From Stegostoma tigrinum (taxonomy: Eukaryota): a DNA stretch of 64,000 nucleotides. This document shows positions 25,853 to 38,814 of this stretch, one piece after another. A program made the translations under genes and the position numbers. Every line of letters begins with the position of its first letter. The stretch's first letter is position 1. The notes below the pieces were generated by a model that had not been told where the DNA came from, made no database searches, and saw only the letters and a list, made by a program, of their open reading frames with translations. The stretch spans positions 79,090,804 to 79,154,803 of the forward strand of contig NC_081359.1 of the NCBI RefSeq assembly GCF_030684315.1. Direction: 5' to 3'.

Positions 25853-26722
25853 ACCTTCACAAAGGCCAAGGAAGTGTTTATTTTAAATCAAATACCTGGG
25901 TTAATTTAACTTGCTATTTTATTGAGGTGACTAAAAGGTTTTTCTTCATGTTTGCATCACCTGCAAAATCTTCACCTAGTAAAAACAGTGAAATTCCAAC
26001 AGCCATCTCCTTGCATGCACAGATCACCCATTAGACGAACATCACATTTGCTTTCCCTGTGAATTTATAATCTTGCTTTTGTTATGTATTCCATCCAATG
26101 TTGGCTTTACCTTATTTCTACAATTGCCAGGACCCAATCTTAAAGATTGGACTGTTCGGAATTATTCTTTCCTATATAGTTAACTGTGATTTCTTGCATA
26201 TGAGCACATCTGATCCTCTAGCCACAATAATTGGAGGAATGTTGGATCAGGAAAATGGCAGCCCTCATAAGGAGACCATCGATTTTGTGTCTATGTCAAT
26301 TTCTAGATGGTGTATTGAACAGACTCCCTTGCAGGAAGACATTCCTCTTCACCGCTAAATTTGCTCAAGTGAACCTAGAATACTTGGATCAATTTGTTTA
26401 CAGGAATTATGCTGGTACTTTAGTGACACCATTTACTGAAAGGGCAGGAAGTTTATCGTTATTGCGTCTTAAATGTGAAAGAGAGCATAACACAAAAACT
26501 GACAGCTCTATTAAGGTATATAATACAATGTACCAGCCAAATCAATCCAACACATTGAAAAATATCTGGTTTAAACTGATGCTTTAACTATTTTCATTTC
26601 TGAAACCAATGAAATAACATCCTGTATCAATTTGTTCCAAAGTGTAGGATTTTTAATGAGATGGATTCTGGAGTCTTTGTTCAGAATGAGAATGCAGGAA
26701 TTTATGGCCTTCATTTACTCAC

Positions 26723-26892
26723 CATTTACATTAAGAGAGAATGTGATGTTCTTGTAAAGGTTCCATTGTTTGAGCTCCAGTATAATACTATAACTGCCAG
26801 CATCTTCTTCTGAAATATCTCTTATTGTCAGTGCGTAGCCAGTGATCTTATAGCGAGTAGATCTTTCAGCAATAGGTTGCCCATTCTTTAAC
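26723..26892 (-). CDS. FLT1: FLT1 exon 9 equivalent (Ig domain 4, C-half), 170 bp
   Basis: tcaacag|G...AAATG|gtgagt. LKNGQPIAERSTRYKITGYALTIRDISEEDAGSYSIILELKQWNLYKNITFSLNVN (inside ORF 26715..26915). Confidence 0.95.
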
Positions 26893-27949
26893 CTGTTGAC
26901 AGAATGAGATTTCATTGCACTACACTGAGTAACATTGAGGCAACTATGTAAGTCTGTAATGTATGCTCAGTGGTAAAACAAAAGCATTTTCCACTGATCT
27001 CAAAGGAAGCTGCCTGAAAAGTTCTAGCAATGGCTGTGGCATGAACTCCCTTTACTGATATGAATCTGTGGCCAAGCCAATGTTCCAGATGTCTACCAAC
27101 CGTGATGTCATCAATAAAACAATTAGACGCATTGAAGATTTCTCAAAGACAATGAGTCAGGAAGTATAGAATCTCAGACATTTCTTCACACAATAATATC
27201 ATTTTGCAGACAGCAAAACAAAAATTGGAACCAACATCATCTCAGGGGCATCAGGGTTGAACAAAAAATGGGGGCTGTGCTCGTGATGCTCAAATCACAC
27301 TAAAGGATAGAAGTTGAAATTAAAGAAATGCTAAAATAATTCTGAAATATTCAGAGATTTTTAAAAAAATACGAACTATATATACCTCAAGGAATGGCTA
27401 CCACACTGAAGGAAGCCACTTGGCTCATCATGTTTATGCTGGTTCCCTAAAACAGCAACTAAGCCATTCCTATTCTATCACCTTTTTCCAACAGCCTCAC
27501 AATTTTTTTGTTCTATGTTCAGATAATTAACAAAATCCTCTTTGAAAGCCATGATGGAATCTGTTTTCGCTGCACTCTCAGACAATAGCAATGATATGCT
27601 AATCACTGATGACACGAAGAAGATTTGTGCTTCTATTGCTTTTGGATCTTTTGCAACTAATCCGTAATCAGTGCCCTCTGTTTCTGGACTCTTTACCAAT
27701 TTGAACAGTTCCTCCCATTCTACAACACCCCCTCCTCTGGGCAGTCCGCCATTGGTGTGAGAAAACTGTTTTCCTCATTTTTAATTATTGAGCCACCACA
27801 AATTTGCAGTGCATTCAGGGGCAATGGGCATCAATTTGTTAGTTAAGGCACTTAACTGATATAAGTAGGGCGGAAGGGAGAAGTGAGCGTAGAGGAATAA
27901 TAACAATTAATGTAAGGCAAAGCATCAGGTTAGTAGGTGTCAAGGAAGC

Positions 27950-30900
27950 TTCAACTCTGTTGAAAATTAGGAAAAAAAGTTAAAGAGAAGGAGAACTCAA
28001 GAGCTGTTAATAATGGAGATAATAGGACCCAAAAAAAGGTGCAAAAACTGGTATAAGGGCACTTTATCTGAATGCTCAGAGCATTCGAAACAAGGTGGAT
28101 GAGTTGACGGTGCAAATCATGGCAAATGGGTATGATTTAGTGGCCATTACAGAGATGTGGTTACAGGATGGTCATGACTGGGAGTTAAATATCCAGGGGT
28201 ATCAAACTGTTCGGAAGGGCAGACAGGAAGGTAAGGGAGGTGGTATTGCTCTGATTGTTAAGGATGATATCAGGGCGGTAGTGAGGGATGATAGAGGTTC
28301 TACTGAACAGAAGGTTGAATCCATTTGGGTGGAAATTAGGAATAGCAGGGAGAAGAAGTCACTGGTAGGTGTGGTCTATCGGCCATCAAATAATGATATT
28401 GTGGTGGGGCAGGCAATAAACATAGAAATAGCTAATGCATGTAAAAATGGTTCAGCAATTATCATGGGGGATTTTAATCTACATATTGATTGGTCAAACC
28501 AGATCAGTCATGGCAGCCTTGAGGAAGGGTTCAAAGAATGCATCCGCGATAATTTCCTTGAACAATATGTAATGGAACCTATAAGGAAGCAAGCTATCCT
28601 AGATCTAGTCCTGTGTAATGAGACAGGAATAATTAATGATCTCACAGTTAGGGATCCTTGCGGAAGGAGCAATCACAATATGGTCGAAATTAAAACAACG
28701 ATGGAGCGTGAGAAGGTTAAATCCAGTACCTATGCTCTGTGCTTAAACAAAGGAGACCACGAAGAAATGAGGGAGGAGTTAGCTAAGGTAGAGTGGGAGC
28801 AAAAGCTTTATGTTGGCCAATTGAGTAACCGTGGAAGACTTTCAAAACAATTTTTCACAGTGCTCAGCAGAAGTATATTCCCGTGATAAGGAAGAACTAT
28901 AGGAAAAGAGAGAGCCAGCCATGGATGTCTAAGGAAATAAAGGAAAGTATCAGATTGAAAAAAAACCACATACAAAAAAGAAAAGAGTAGTGGGAAACAA
29001 GTCGACTGGGAAATCTTTAAAGGCCAACGGAAAGTCACCAAAAAAGTTATAAAGAAAAGTAAAATAGATTATGAGACTAAATTAGCTCAGAATATAAAAA
29101 CAGGCAGCAAAGGTTTCTATAAATATGTAAATCATAAAAGAGTGGTGAAGGTAAACATTGGTCCTTTAGAGGATGAGAAGGCCAATTTAATAACTGGGAA
29201 TGAGGGAAGAGCCAAGACATTAAACAATTATTTTGTGTCGATCTTCACTGTGGAAGACACAAATAACATGCCGAAAGTTAATGGGAAGAAGGTTATAGCA
29301 GGTGAGGAACTAGAAACTATTGTCATTACTAAGGAGGCAGTGCTGGGCAAACTAATGGGGCTAAAGGTAAACAAGTCTCCTGGCCCTGATGAAATGCATC
29401 CGAGGGTACTAAAAGAGGTGATGGGGGAAAATAGCAAATGCACTAGTAATTAATTACCAAAATTCACTGGACTCTGGGGTGATTCCTGCAGATTGGAAAA
29501 CAGCCAATGTGACACCACTGTTTAAAAAAGGAAGTAGACAAAAAGCAGGTAACTATAGGCCAGTTAGCTTAACTTCGGTGGTGGGGAAAATGCTTGAATC
29601 TATCGTTAAGGAAGAAATAGCAAGACATCTGGATATAAATTGTCCCATTGGGAACACCCAGCATGGGTTCATGAAGGGTAGATCATGTTTAACTAATTTG
29701 GTGGAATTCTTTGAGGACATTACTTGCATGGTGGACAATGGGGAACCTGTGGATGTGGTGTATCTGGGTTTCCAGAAGGCATTTGACAAGGTGCCACACC
29801 AAAGGCTACTACATAAGATAAAGTTGCATGGTATTACAGGTAATGTATTAGCATAGATAGAGGATTGGTCGACCAGTAGAAAGCAAAGAGTAGGGGTAAA
29901 TGTGTGTTTTTTTGGTTGGCGGTCAGTGGCTAGTGGCGTGCCTCAGGGATCAGTGTTGGGACCACAATTGTTTACAATTTACATAGACGATTTGGAGTTG
30001 AGAACTGTGGTATGTCAAAAGTGTGATATGTCAAAATTTGCAGATGACACTAAGGTGAGTCGTAGAGCAAAGTGTGCAGAAGGCACTGAAAGTCTGCAGA
30101 GGGAGATAGCTGGTCAAAGTGAGTGGGCAAAGGTCTGGCAGATGAAATACAATGTTGATAAATGTGAGGTCATCCATTTTGGTAGGAATAACAGCAAAAT
30201 GGACTATGTTTTAAATGGTAAAAAATTGCAGTACACTGCTGTGCAGAGAGACTTGGATGTCCTTGTGCATGAAATCGCTAAAAGTAGGATTGCAGGTGCA
30301 ACAGGTGATTAAAAAGGCAAATGGAATTTTGTCTGCTATTGCTAGAGGGATGGAGTTTAAAAACAGGGAGGCTATGCTGCAGCTGTATAGGGTCCTGGTG
30401 AGGCCATATCTGGAGGACTGTGTGCAGTTTTGGTCTCCTCACTTGAGAAGCAATATATGAGCACCGGAGGAGGTGCAGAGGAGATTCATTCGGTTGATTC
30501 CAGAGTTGAGAGGGTTGGATTATGAGGAAAGACTAAGTAGACTGGGATTATACTCATTGGAGTTCAGAAGAACAAGGGGAGATCTTATAGAAACATATAA
30601 GATTATGAAGGGAATAGATAAGGTGGAGGCAGGGAGGTTGTTTCCGCTAGCAGGTGAAACTAGGACTAGAGGGCATCGCCTGAAAATAAAGGGAAAGCAG
30701 ATGTAGGACTGAGGTGAGGAGAACTTCTTCACCCAAAGGGTTGTGAATCTGTGGAATTCCCTGCCCAATGAAGTGGTTGAAGCTACCTCGCTGAATGTGT
30801 TTAAGGCATGGCTAGATAAATTTTTGCACAGGAAAGGAATTAAGGGTTATGGTGAGTGGGTGGGTAAGTGGAGCAGAGTCTCAAAAAGATCAGCCATGAT

Positions 30901-30970
30901 CTTACTAAATGGTGGGGCAGGCTCAAGGGGCCGGATGGTCTACTCCTGCTCCTAGTTCGTATGTTCTTAT
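27950..30970 (+). mobile_element. CR1 LINE, nearly complete frameshifted ORF2 (AP endonuclease plus RT) with 3' tail
   Basis: ORFs 28095..28886 (EN: GGGIAL, GVVYRP, IMGDFN, LDLVL), 29479..29856 and 29902..30312 (RT: QGSVLGP, FADD); 3' end ttcgtatgttcttat. Confidence 0.95.
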
Positions 30971-31669
30971 TCAAGAACTGGTAATCAGGAATCCTGGATC
31001 AGCCTGTTCTTCCCCCATGTCCTCCACGAAATCATGGTAGGACAGTTTGGGGGAGTTGGCTGTTGCCAGGAGTTTGGTGCTGTTCATCCCCAATGGATGC
31101 AGCTGCCACACTTCCTTGACAACTGCATTGAATTTAGCTCAGTGTGTCAGGATACAAAGGGGCTTCTTTGACCTGCAGCATCTTTGTCACAAACAAAGCT
31201 CCACACCATGCAAACTCCAGCTCATTTAGGAATCTATTCCCTGTTTCTGTTCTCATTGTACATCCAGTTGACCAATTTGCAGGACTCAGTGAGTGAGATG
31301 AGGACCCTAACTCAGTAGACAGTATCACCTGGAGTAGAAAATAAGAAAAGAATTTAAGACAGACAATCAAAGACAGAGCTGTATACATTAGAGCCAGTTG
31401 GTGAGGAATTGTACTAACTGCTTTCGCAACTCCAGTTTAAATTAAATAGTCTGAAAGCAGCTTTAAGGTATAGCAGCGCAGCTTGGGTGCATGAAATGCT
31501 AATTCTATGCCATGTGGATGCTTTCTACGGTCTAGATGATGTTTCTAGCTGCAAAAGCATGAGCATCAGATTTTAGAATTTGAGCGTCACAATGCTGCAT
31601 CTTCAAAGTTTAAAAATACAATGATAACACATTTAATAAAGCAATCACTCCACAAATTAAAATCCTGTA

Positions 31670-33316
31670 GGCATAGAGGGAATGGGTGACCACTAGGCAG
31701 TCTAGAGAGACAGTGCAGAATTCCCGGAGTCTCTCTCATTCATTAGTTGGCTTTCCATTTTGGAGACTGGCGAGGGTGATGGTTCTTCAGAGTAATGTAA
31801 TGAAAGCCAAGCATCTGGTATCGCAGGTGGCTCAACTGCAGAGCTGGGATGAAGAAGAGTGGAATGGCAAAAGTAGTGGGTACTTTGATAGTTAGGGGAA
31901 CAGACAGGAGCTTTTGTGGTCATATCTCCACAACAACATGGTGCTTCTCTCTGTTGCAAGTGTCAATGATCTCAAAGAGTGGCTGTAAAATATTCTTTCA
32001 GGGGAGAGTAAAGCTCTTGTAACCATGGTCCACACTGGCACCAATGACATAGGTAGAAAGACAGATGTGATCCTGAAAACAGAATTTTGGGTGTTAAGCA
32101 AGAGGCTGAAAAGTTGGACCTCACTAATTCTCCCCGTGCCATGTGAGAATTGAAGTGGGAAATTGAGGAAACGAACATGAAGCTGGGAAAAGGATTGTGC
32201 AAGAATGGCTTAAGATTGCTGGGTAAAGTGAGGTATGTCCAAGCAAACCAATGTGTTTGGGCCCCTGCTGTAAACAATCTGCGTCAATAATTTGGATGTG
32301 CAGACCAACTGTAATCTTTACAAGTTTACAGGCGATATAAAATTTGGTGAGAAGGTGAGTTGTGAGGAGAATGCAAAAAAGCATCAAAGAAATCGAGACA
32401 GGCTGAGTGAATGAGCAGATGGAATGTATTGTAGATAAGTGTGAGGTTATATGAACAGAAAAACAGAAGACAGGAGCAGGAATGGTTAATTCGCCAATCA
32501 AGCCTGCTCTGCCATTTTTAATCCAATTTGGCAGGATGAACAGAAAAGCAGAATGATTCTTAAGTGGTGAGAGATTGGAATGTGTTAAAATCTAAGGGAA
32601 ACCAGGTGGCCTTGTTCAAAAGTCACTGAAAACTGGTTCGCAGATGCAGCAACCAATTCAGAATAAAAATGGTATGTTAGTGATTACTGTAAAATGATTT
32701 GAATACAGGAGCAAAGTAGTCTTGCTTCATTTGCATGGAACTTTAGTTTGACTATATCTAGAGTGCTGTGAGCAGTTCTTCACTGCTTGCCAAAAGAAAG
32801 ATATAGATGCTTTAGGGGGATTGTAGACAAGGATCACCAAACTAATTTCTGTGATGATGGAACTGTCTCATGAGGAGAGTTGAAAACCCGAGCCTATGTT
32901 TTCTGAAGTTCAGCCAAATGAGGGTTGAATTCATGGAAATACGCAGAATTCTCTGAAGGAACAGGCAGAGTACATGTAGAAAAGATGCTTTCCTTGGTCG
33001 GTGGAGGGCGGGGGGGTGGTCTAGAACAGGGCATACAGTCTCAAAATAAAAGGCAAGCCATTTAGGATTGGGATGAGCAGGCACCTCTGCACTCAAATGG
33101 TTGTGGGTCTTTGAAATACTTACTTTAGAGGGTGGTGAAAGCTCAGGCATTAAGTTAAACTCAAGAAAGACATTGTTAGATTTCTAGTTGCAAATGACAT
33201 CAAGAAATATGAGGATAGCACAGGAATCTGACGTTGAGGTAGATGTTCAGCCATTATCTAGAATGGTAAAGAAGGCAAGAGGGGTGGGATGGTATACTTC
33301 TGCTTGTATGTTCCTA
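31670..33316 (+). mobile_element. Old decayed CR1 (ORF1 esterase and RT pieces, 3' UTR)
   Basis: gtccacactggcaccaatgacataggtag (VH.GTNDIG), caagtttacaggcgatataaaatttggtg (FADD region), tatgttccta tail. Confidence 0.7.
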
Positions 33317-33814
33317 CTGACCAAGCCTCACTAATCTAGACAAACTCCACATATTAAATTCACAATCTTTGCTCTTTTTTTGGATTCACTCTCCTGCTTC
33401 ATGTTACCCTGTTTAGAAACCTCAGATCCTGAATCACAGCTCCAATTTCCTGCCTCTGGAGTTCTGTTATTCTTTACTCTGATGTAGTAAAGCCGGGGGT
33501 ACCATCTGCAATTTTTCATCCACTTTGGTAGATGCTTAATTTACAAAATTATTACAGGCCAGGAGGGCTAATCAGTTTTACTTCGTTCACCTGTATAGAG
33601 ATCCTAACTCACAGCAAGTGAAGCATCAAATTGTTGCTTAAACGGTTCTAGGGTACTTGAAGTTGATTCTACAACTTGATCACTCTGCTTAAAGTCATTT
33701 TTCCTTCTTTTAAACAATGATTTACTTGTCTGAATCTTTCATTCATCCCAGTTCTAAATTTTTAATTTAATTTCATTTCATTTATATAGGTAAATAAATT
33801 AATATAAAATATTC

Positions 33815-34102
33815 CATAGAATCTCTACAATGTGGAAGCAGACCATTTGCCCCATCAAGTCACACCAACCCACTGAAGAAAATCCCACCCAGATCCACCC
33901 CATCCCTGTAATCCTGTACTTCTCATGGCCAATCCACCTAACCTGTACAACTTTGGACTGCAAGAGAAGACCAGGGCGCCTAGAAGAAATGCACACAGAC
34001 ACAGGGACATTGTGCAAACTCCACACAAACAGCCACGTGAGGGCAAAATTGAACCCAGGTCTCCTAGGCATTGTGAAGCAGCAGTGCTAACCACTGTGCC
34101 AC
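33815..34102 (-). mobile_element. HE1/V-SINE-like SINE
   Basis: ggcacagtggttagcactgctgc, gggttcaatt and V-type core. Confidence 0.85.
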
Positions 34103-34604
34103 TCAGGCTAATCATTTTTCTAAAATTCTGAATAACATATTACTTTCATATGATCAAATCTTAGACTGTTGTTTCTAGATTTAAAAGCACTGGTTTCTCC
34201 AGTCTTCTTTCAGAAGTCTGTTTCTTAATACTGCACTCTTCTCTGCACTGTTTCTAGTGCTTGAATGTCTGCTTCTTGATGGTAAAAAACAGGATACAAT
34301 GTTCAACTAGCAGTCTAAGCAGAACCTATCAACTTTGTTCACTGTTTCCTCTAATTTGTGTTCTACTGCTTTGTTGAAATAGTTAAACTTCTCTCTGCCT
34401 TTTTTTTAATTACAGATGAGCATTGGTTAGATATTTTTCAAGTCTACTATGACTCAGAGGCTTCTTTTAATTTTTTGAAAAATCCATTCATGGAATGTGG
34501 GCTTTACTCACTGGCCCATCAATTACTGCCTGCCCTTAGTTGCCACTGAAAAGGTAATGGTAGACCCACACTGCCACAGCACATGGACTTCATTAACTAA
34601 CTTG

Positions 34605-34712
34605 GAGCAAATTGCTGCAGATGCTGGAATCTGTACTAAAAATAAAAAGTGCTGGAAATCATAACGGGTGAGGCAGCAGTGGAGAGAAGGGAAGCTAACA
34701 TTTCGAGTCTTG
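34605..34712 (-). mobile_element. Penelope-like family B terminal fragment
   Basis: ctgcagatgctggaatctgtactaaaaa...gctggaaat...ggcagca...aacatttcgagtc. Confidence 0.65.
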
Positions 34713-35204
34713 CTTTCATTATTAACTATTCTTAACTAACTGTTCAGATACCAGTCACAAAGATTGCACGTCATCTAATTTTTCCTCCTATTTGTAACAC
34801 GTCACAGTTTCTGCATTAAATTTTGTCACCTATTGTTCTAATGACTGGTATATTTAGATTGAATACTCACAAGTAAAGCAATAGGATCACATGATTAACA
34901 AATTGTGAGATTTGCTTGAAAAATCATTATTATTCAGTAATTTCTAGATATCTCTAAAGCATTTCAGAGTTTGATATCATAAGAAAATTCAACTATTTTA
35001 AATCTACCTCACTTCTATATATTGCAAACAGTACTGATCGTAACACAAAACCTTCAATAATCCTGTTCAGTACTTTCCCACAGTCTGATATTAAAACTTT
35101 AATCCAAATTTCTGACTAACTTTCCCAATTTCAAACCCACTCCCAGCATTTAACACAAATTCATATGGTTTAACTGGTAGAATTCCAGGTGAAATGTTAT
35201 TGAC

Positions 35205-35570
35205 ATTGCAGTACTAAACTGAACTAGTAATCCAGAGGCCCTGGGTAATTCTCAAGGGAAACTGGTTCAAATCCCACATGGCAGCTGGTGGAATTTAGAC
35301 TCAATTAATAAATCTGAAATCGAAAGCTAATCTCAGTAATGCTGATTGTTGTAAATCCCACTTGGTTCACTAACGTTCTTCACAGAGGGCAACCTGTCAT
35401 CCTTCCTGGTCTGACCTACATGTGATTCCAGATCTACAGCAATATGATTGGCTCATAAATGTTCTCTGAATTAGCCTACTAAACCATTCAACTCAAGGGC
35501 AATTAGCAATGGGAAACAAAAACTGGCCTTGCCAGAAATGTCCATTTCCCAATAAAGAACAACAAAAAAC
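35205..35570 (+). mobile_element. tRNA-headed SINE or internally deleted LINE derivative
   Basis: B box ggttcaaatccc. Body matches 60865-61110; tail caagggcaattag...ggccttgccag...A-rich resembles 7755-7830. Confidence 0.75.
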
Positions 35571-36084
35571 ACCAAACCCAAATAAAAATGAATTTCATTA
35601 AAATGTGTAAAATTCTTACTGGTTTGGCAGGAGCTGATTCTTCTATCTGGAACATCATGAGCTAGGGATCACAGACTCTGAATAAGAAATTGGCCATTTG
35701 AGAATGAGATGAGTATAAACAATCAGAGAAAATGTTGGTAATCTTTGGAATTACCTATCCTGGAGAGTTGCAGATGCTGAAGTGTTGACTATATTAAAAA
35801 AACAATAGATTTTGGGCGCTAGTGGAATCAAGGGATATGGGGATTGTGGTGATATTGCTTCTTAACACAAATAAATGTACCAAGAATGACTGATAAACTA
35901 AATAAAGGCTTCTTCATTGAATAATAACAGAGTTGCAGGACAGCCCTTTGTATATGTGTTAGTTGTAGATGAACAGTGTTTCAACTAGTATATCACATCT
36001 TAACTTACATTGTTTCCTGATAATGTGTAACAAAGTGTGTACATATTCAGTAGTACACTAATCAGTATGTTAAACCACATGTAG

Positions 36085-36340
36085 GATCATAGAATCTCCA
36101 TAGTTCACAGTGAGGCCATTCAGCCCATTGGTTCCACTTCAATTCTCCAAAGGGTGTCCCACCCAGACCTGTTACTGCACCCCAACACCATGACACAGCG
36201 TGGGTTTTTTCCCATGGCTAATCCACCTAACCTGGATATCCTTTGGATACTACTGGGCAATTTTTAGCATGGCCAATTCATCTAACCTGTACTTCTTTGG
36301 ACTGTGGAAGGAAACTGGTGCATCTGGTGGAAAGCTACGC
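36085..36340 (-). mobile_element. HE1/V-SINE-like SINE, 5'-truncated
   Basis: ggctaatccacctaacctg...tactgggcaattt..agcatggccaat...ctttggactgtgga as in the other copies. Confidence 0.75.
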
Positions 36341-37122
36341 AGACAAGAGAGCATTTTGTTGCAGAAAATTGAGATTAAAACATTTCAAGGGTCTTCTGGC
36401 ATATTTTCCTCAGCTCCAATATAGTAAATACAATACACTGTACTCTTTCAACACATCTTTCCCTATTTTTGGTACGGTATCTTAATTTAATCTTAGTTTC
36501 AGCAGATATTAAAGACTAATTAGATTCTGACAACAATAAAACAAATTTTGTTTGTATTTAAGTACTCATAATTTTGTCCACTTCCCTCAAACACTTTTCT
36601 TGTGTCTTCTCAAAATGATTCAAAATATTAAAATATTAGGCAGTAATATGAAGAAGCAGAGGGTAACACTCTTTCTTTCAGAGCCAGGAGGATTGGGTTT
36701 GAGACCCAGCCCAGGGATATTCATAACATGGCCTGGTCATTTGTGTGATGGAGCCTCCACTATCATTACTCACAGCTTCAGAGAACAAGATGAATGTACA
36801 ATGCGTGTTGTCAGAGCAACATTGACTGTAACTGAACTGTAACACACCACCACCAAAACAAGAATGCAAAGCACAGACCCTGTATTTAGCTGTCAGAAAT
36901 TTCCCACCCACGCCTGGCATGAGTAAGTTTAAGATTTTGCATTGCAATCCACTATATGAATAGTTATCCATTGTGAATTACAGGCCTTCAATTCTTACAA
37001 ACTGTTTTGCCCCCATTCCCCATTCCTGATTCATTGGTGAAGTCATGTAAAGACAGATAGCTCTCTTTAAGCAATATTTCTTGTGGTTAGTTTCCAAATT
37101 AGTTTGTTAACTTTAACCTTAC

Positions 37123-37240
37123 CATAAAATCTCTGGTGGTGGAAAAGCTTTGACTTTTACTGGAAAACGATAGGCTCCCTGCCCAGCAAGGACATCCGCA
37201 ATACATGATTTCCGGCATCTGGCATTAATAAATGGTTTTG
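37123..37240 (-). CDS. FLT1: FLT1 exon 8 equivalent (Ig domain 4, N-half), 118 bp
   Basis: caaatag|CA...TTATG|gtaagg. AKPFINARCRKSCIADVLAGQGAYRFPVKVKAFPPPEILW. Confidence 0.94.
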
Positions 37241-38639
37241 CTATTTGGAAAAGAATAAACAAAGAATGCAAACAGTTTTAGTGATAGTAATAGTTTCTTT
37301 TTGAAGTAATTTACATGATTTATGATGTGTAATGATGACAATCCTATATTCATGTATTACAAAATGCTGGTAACATGGATTTCAGATTCTCCTGCAATCA
37401 ATTTAATACAAAAATGCAAGCAAAGAAATGGTGGGTTTATGTGTACATTGAAATTATGGGGCAGGATATCTGTAAACCTTGAAGTATACTTGAGAATTTG
37501 TTACTTCAAATCAGAGTCTAGAACCATGTGAATTTGTTAAGGTAACTGTCTCATAAAATAATGATAAAATAGTAGTATGGTTTGTTAATTAAATAGGAAT
37601 TGTTATCTGTACCAAAAATGCAAAGTCTACATTTTTAAATACATCAAAAATATTTACCAGTTGTAATATTGCATTAACATAAATTATCTCACATCATATG
37701 AGTGGTATCATGTCAAAAATAGTAGTACAGTTCCTTCAGCTCTTCCTACTATTTAAACTTCTTTTCTGGAATATAGAATGCCTAAAAAAAACTTACTTTT
37801 GAATGAGAGCCCCATTTCCTGATACATCACCTTTTGGATGTGCCATGAATCAGAAAAGTTGTCTGTTTGTCCAGGCAACAGTACAGACACATGATGCCAT
37901 CCAAATAAGAGGTGAGTGTTTCTCTTAGCAACTTGAATAGCTTTTATTCTTCAACAAGCACAAGCCAAAATAGATTGACTGCACATTTTTATGAATGATA
38001 TTTGCAGAACCTTGTGGTCTACAAATTGGCTGCTCTACAAAATCATAGTAATTATACTGACTGTGAAGATCTGTGAGGTATTTCAATATCATAAGTCACA
38101 TTATTAAATAAAAGCAAATAAAACCTATTCATATCAAACTAATATAGAACTTTGTCATTGTTTAATTGTAAATCATCATCTTTACATTATAGGTTCTTAA
38201 AGGTTTTAGAAATTCATGCCATCAGGGAGCAGAATTTCACATCCATTTATTTTGACGGAAAATTTGCTTGTTTTCTGTTACATTAAAAATTGCCTTAATA
38301 ATGTGAAGTGAATAATTAGCATATGTGACTTTGAAGTATATAATATTCAATCAGGCTAAATCTAATCTAAATAGTCTCTAAAATTAACTTAAAACCACAA
38401 AATGGAAAGGTTTCCTCCAAAAAGCTCTTGGAATTGAACGTTACACTGTCTTGTGTACATCAAACATCAGCAAGAAAACATACCCGGCAGGTTTGCAAAC
38501 ATCTTGTTTTCTGGCCTGAATAACACCTTTACTTGCATATGGCATTTAGAATACAAGAGGATGCAGGAAAAATTTCTTTGACTAATGGTTAAATGAATAT
38601 TTTTCCATAGAATGCTGATTTTATTTCACTATTTCTTAC

Positions 38640-38814
38640 CATAAACATTAACTGTTGCTTTCCTTTTTTTCATAGTTTCCCCACTTTTCACTTGACAGAT
38701 GTAGTTTCCCTTGTCTGTTGTAAACACGTTTTCTATAACAAATGTGCTGTAAAATGTATTTATTCTAGGGTCTGTCTGGTCAATTCTAGTGGTTATAGAT
38801 GCATTTCTATTTTC
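38640..38814 (-). CDS. FLT1: FLT1 exon 7 equivalent (Ig domain 3, C-half), 175 bp
   Basis: tttcag|GAA...TATG|gtaaga. ENRNASITTRIDQTDPRINTFYSTFVIENVFTTDKGNYICQVKSGETMKKRKATVNVY. Confidence 0.94.

Noticed and set aside
25522-26034. ORFs spanning the N run
   Set aside because: Artefacts of the assembly gap.
15175-36340. tRNA-like A/B boxes as tRNA genes; all five HE1-like SINEs on one strand
   Set aside because: These are SINE heads without a full cloverleaf. Five of five on one strand is too few to claim a bias.
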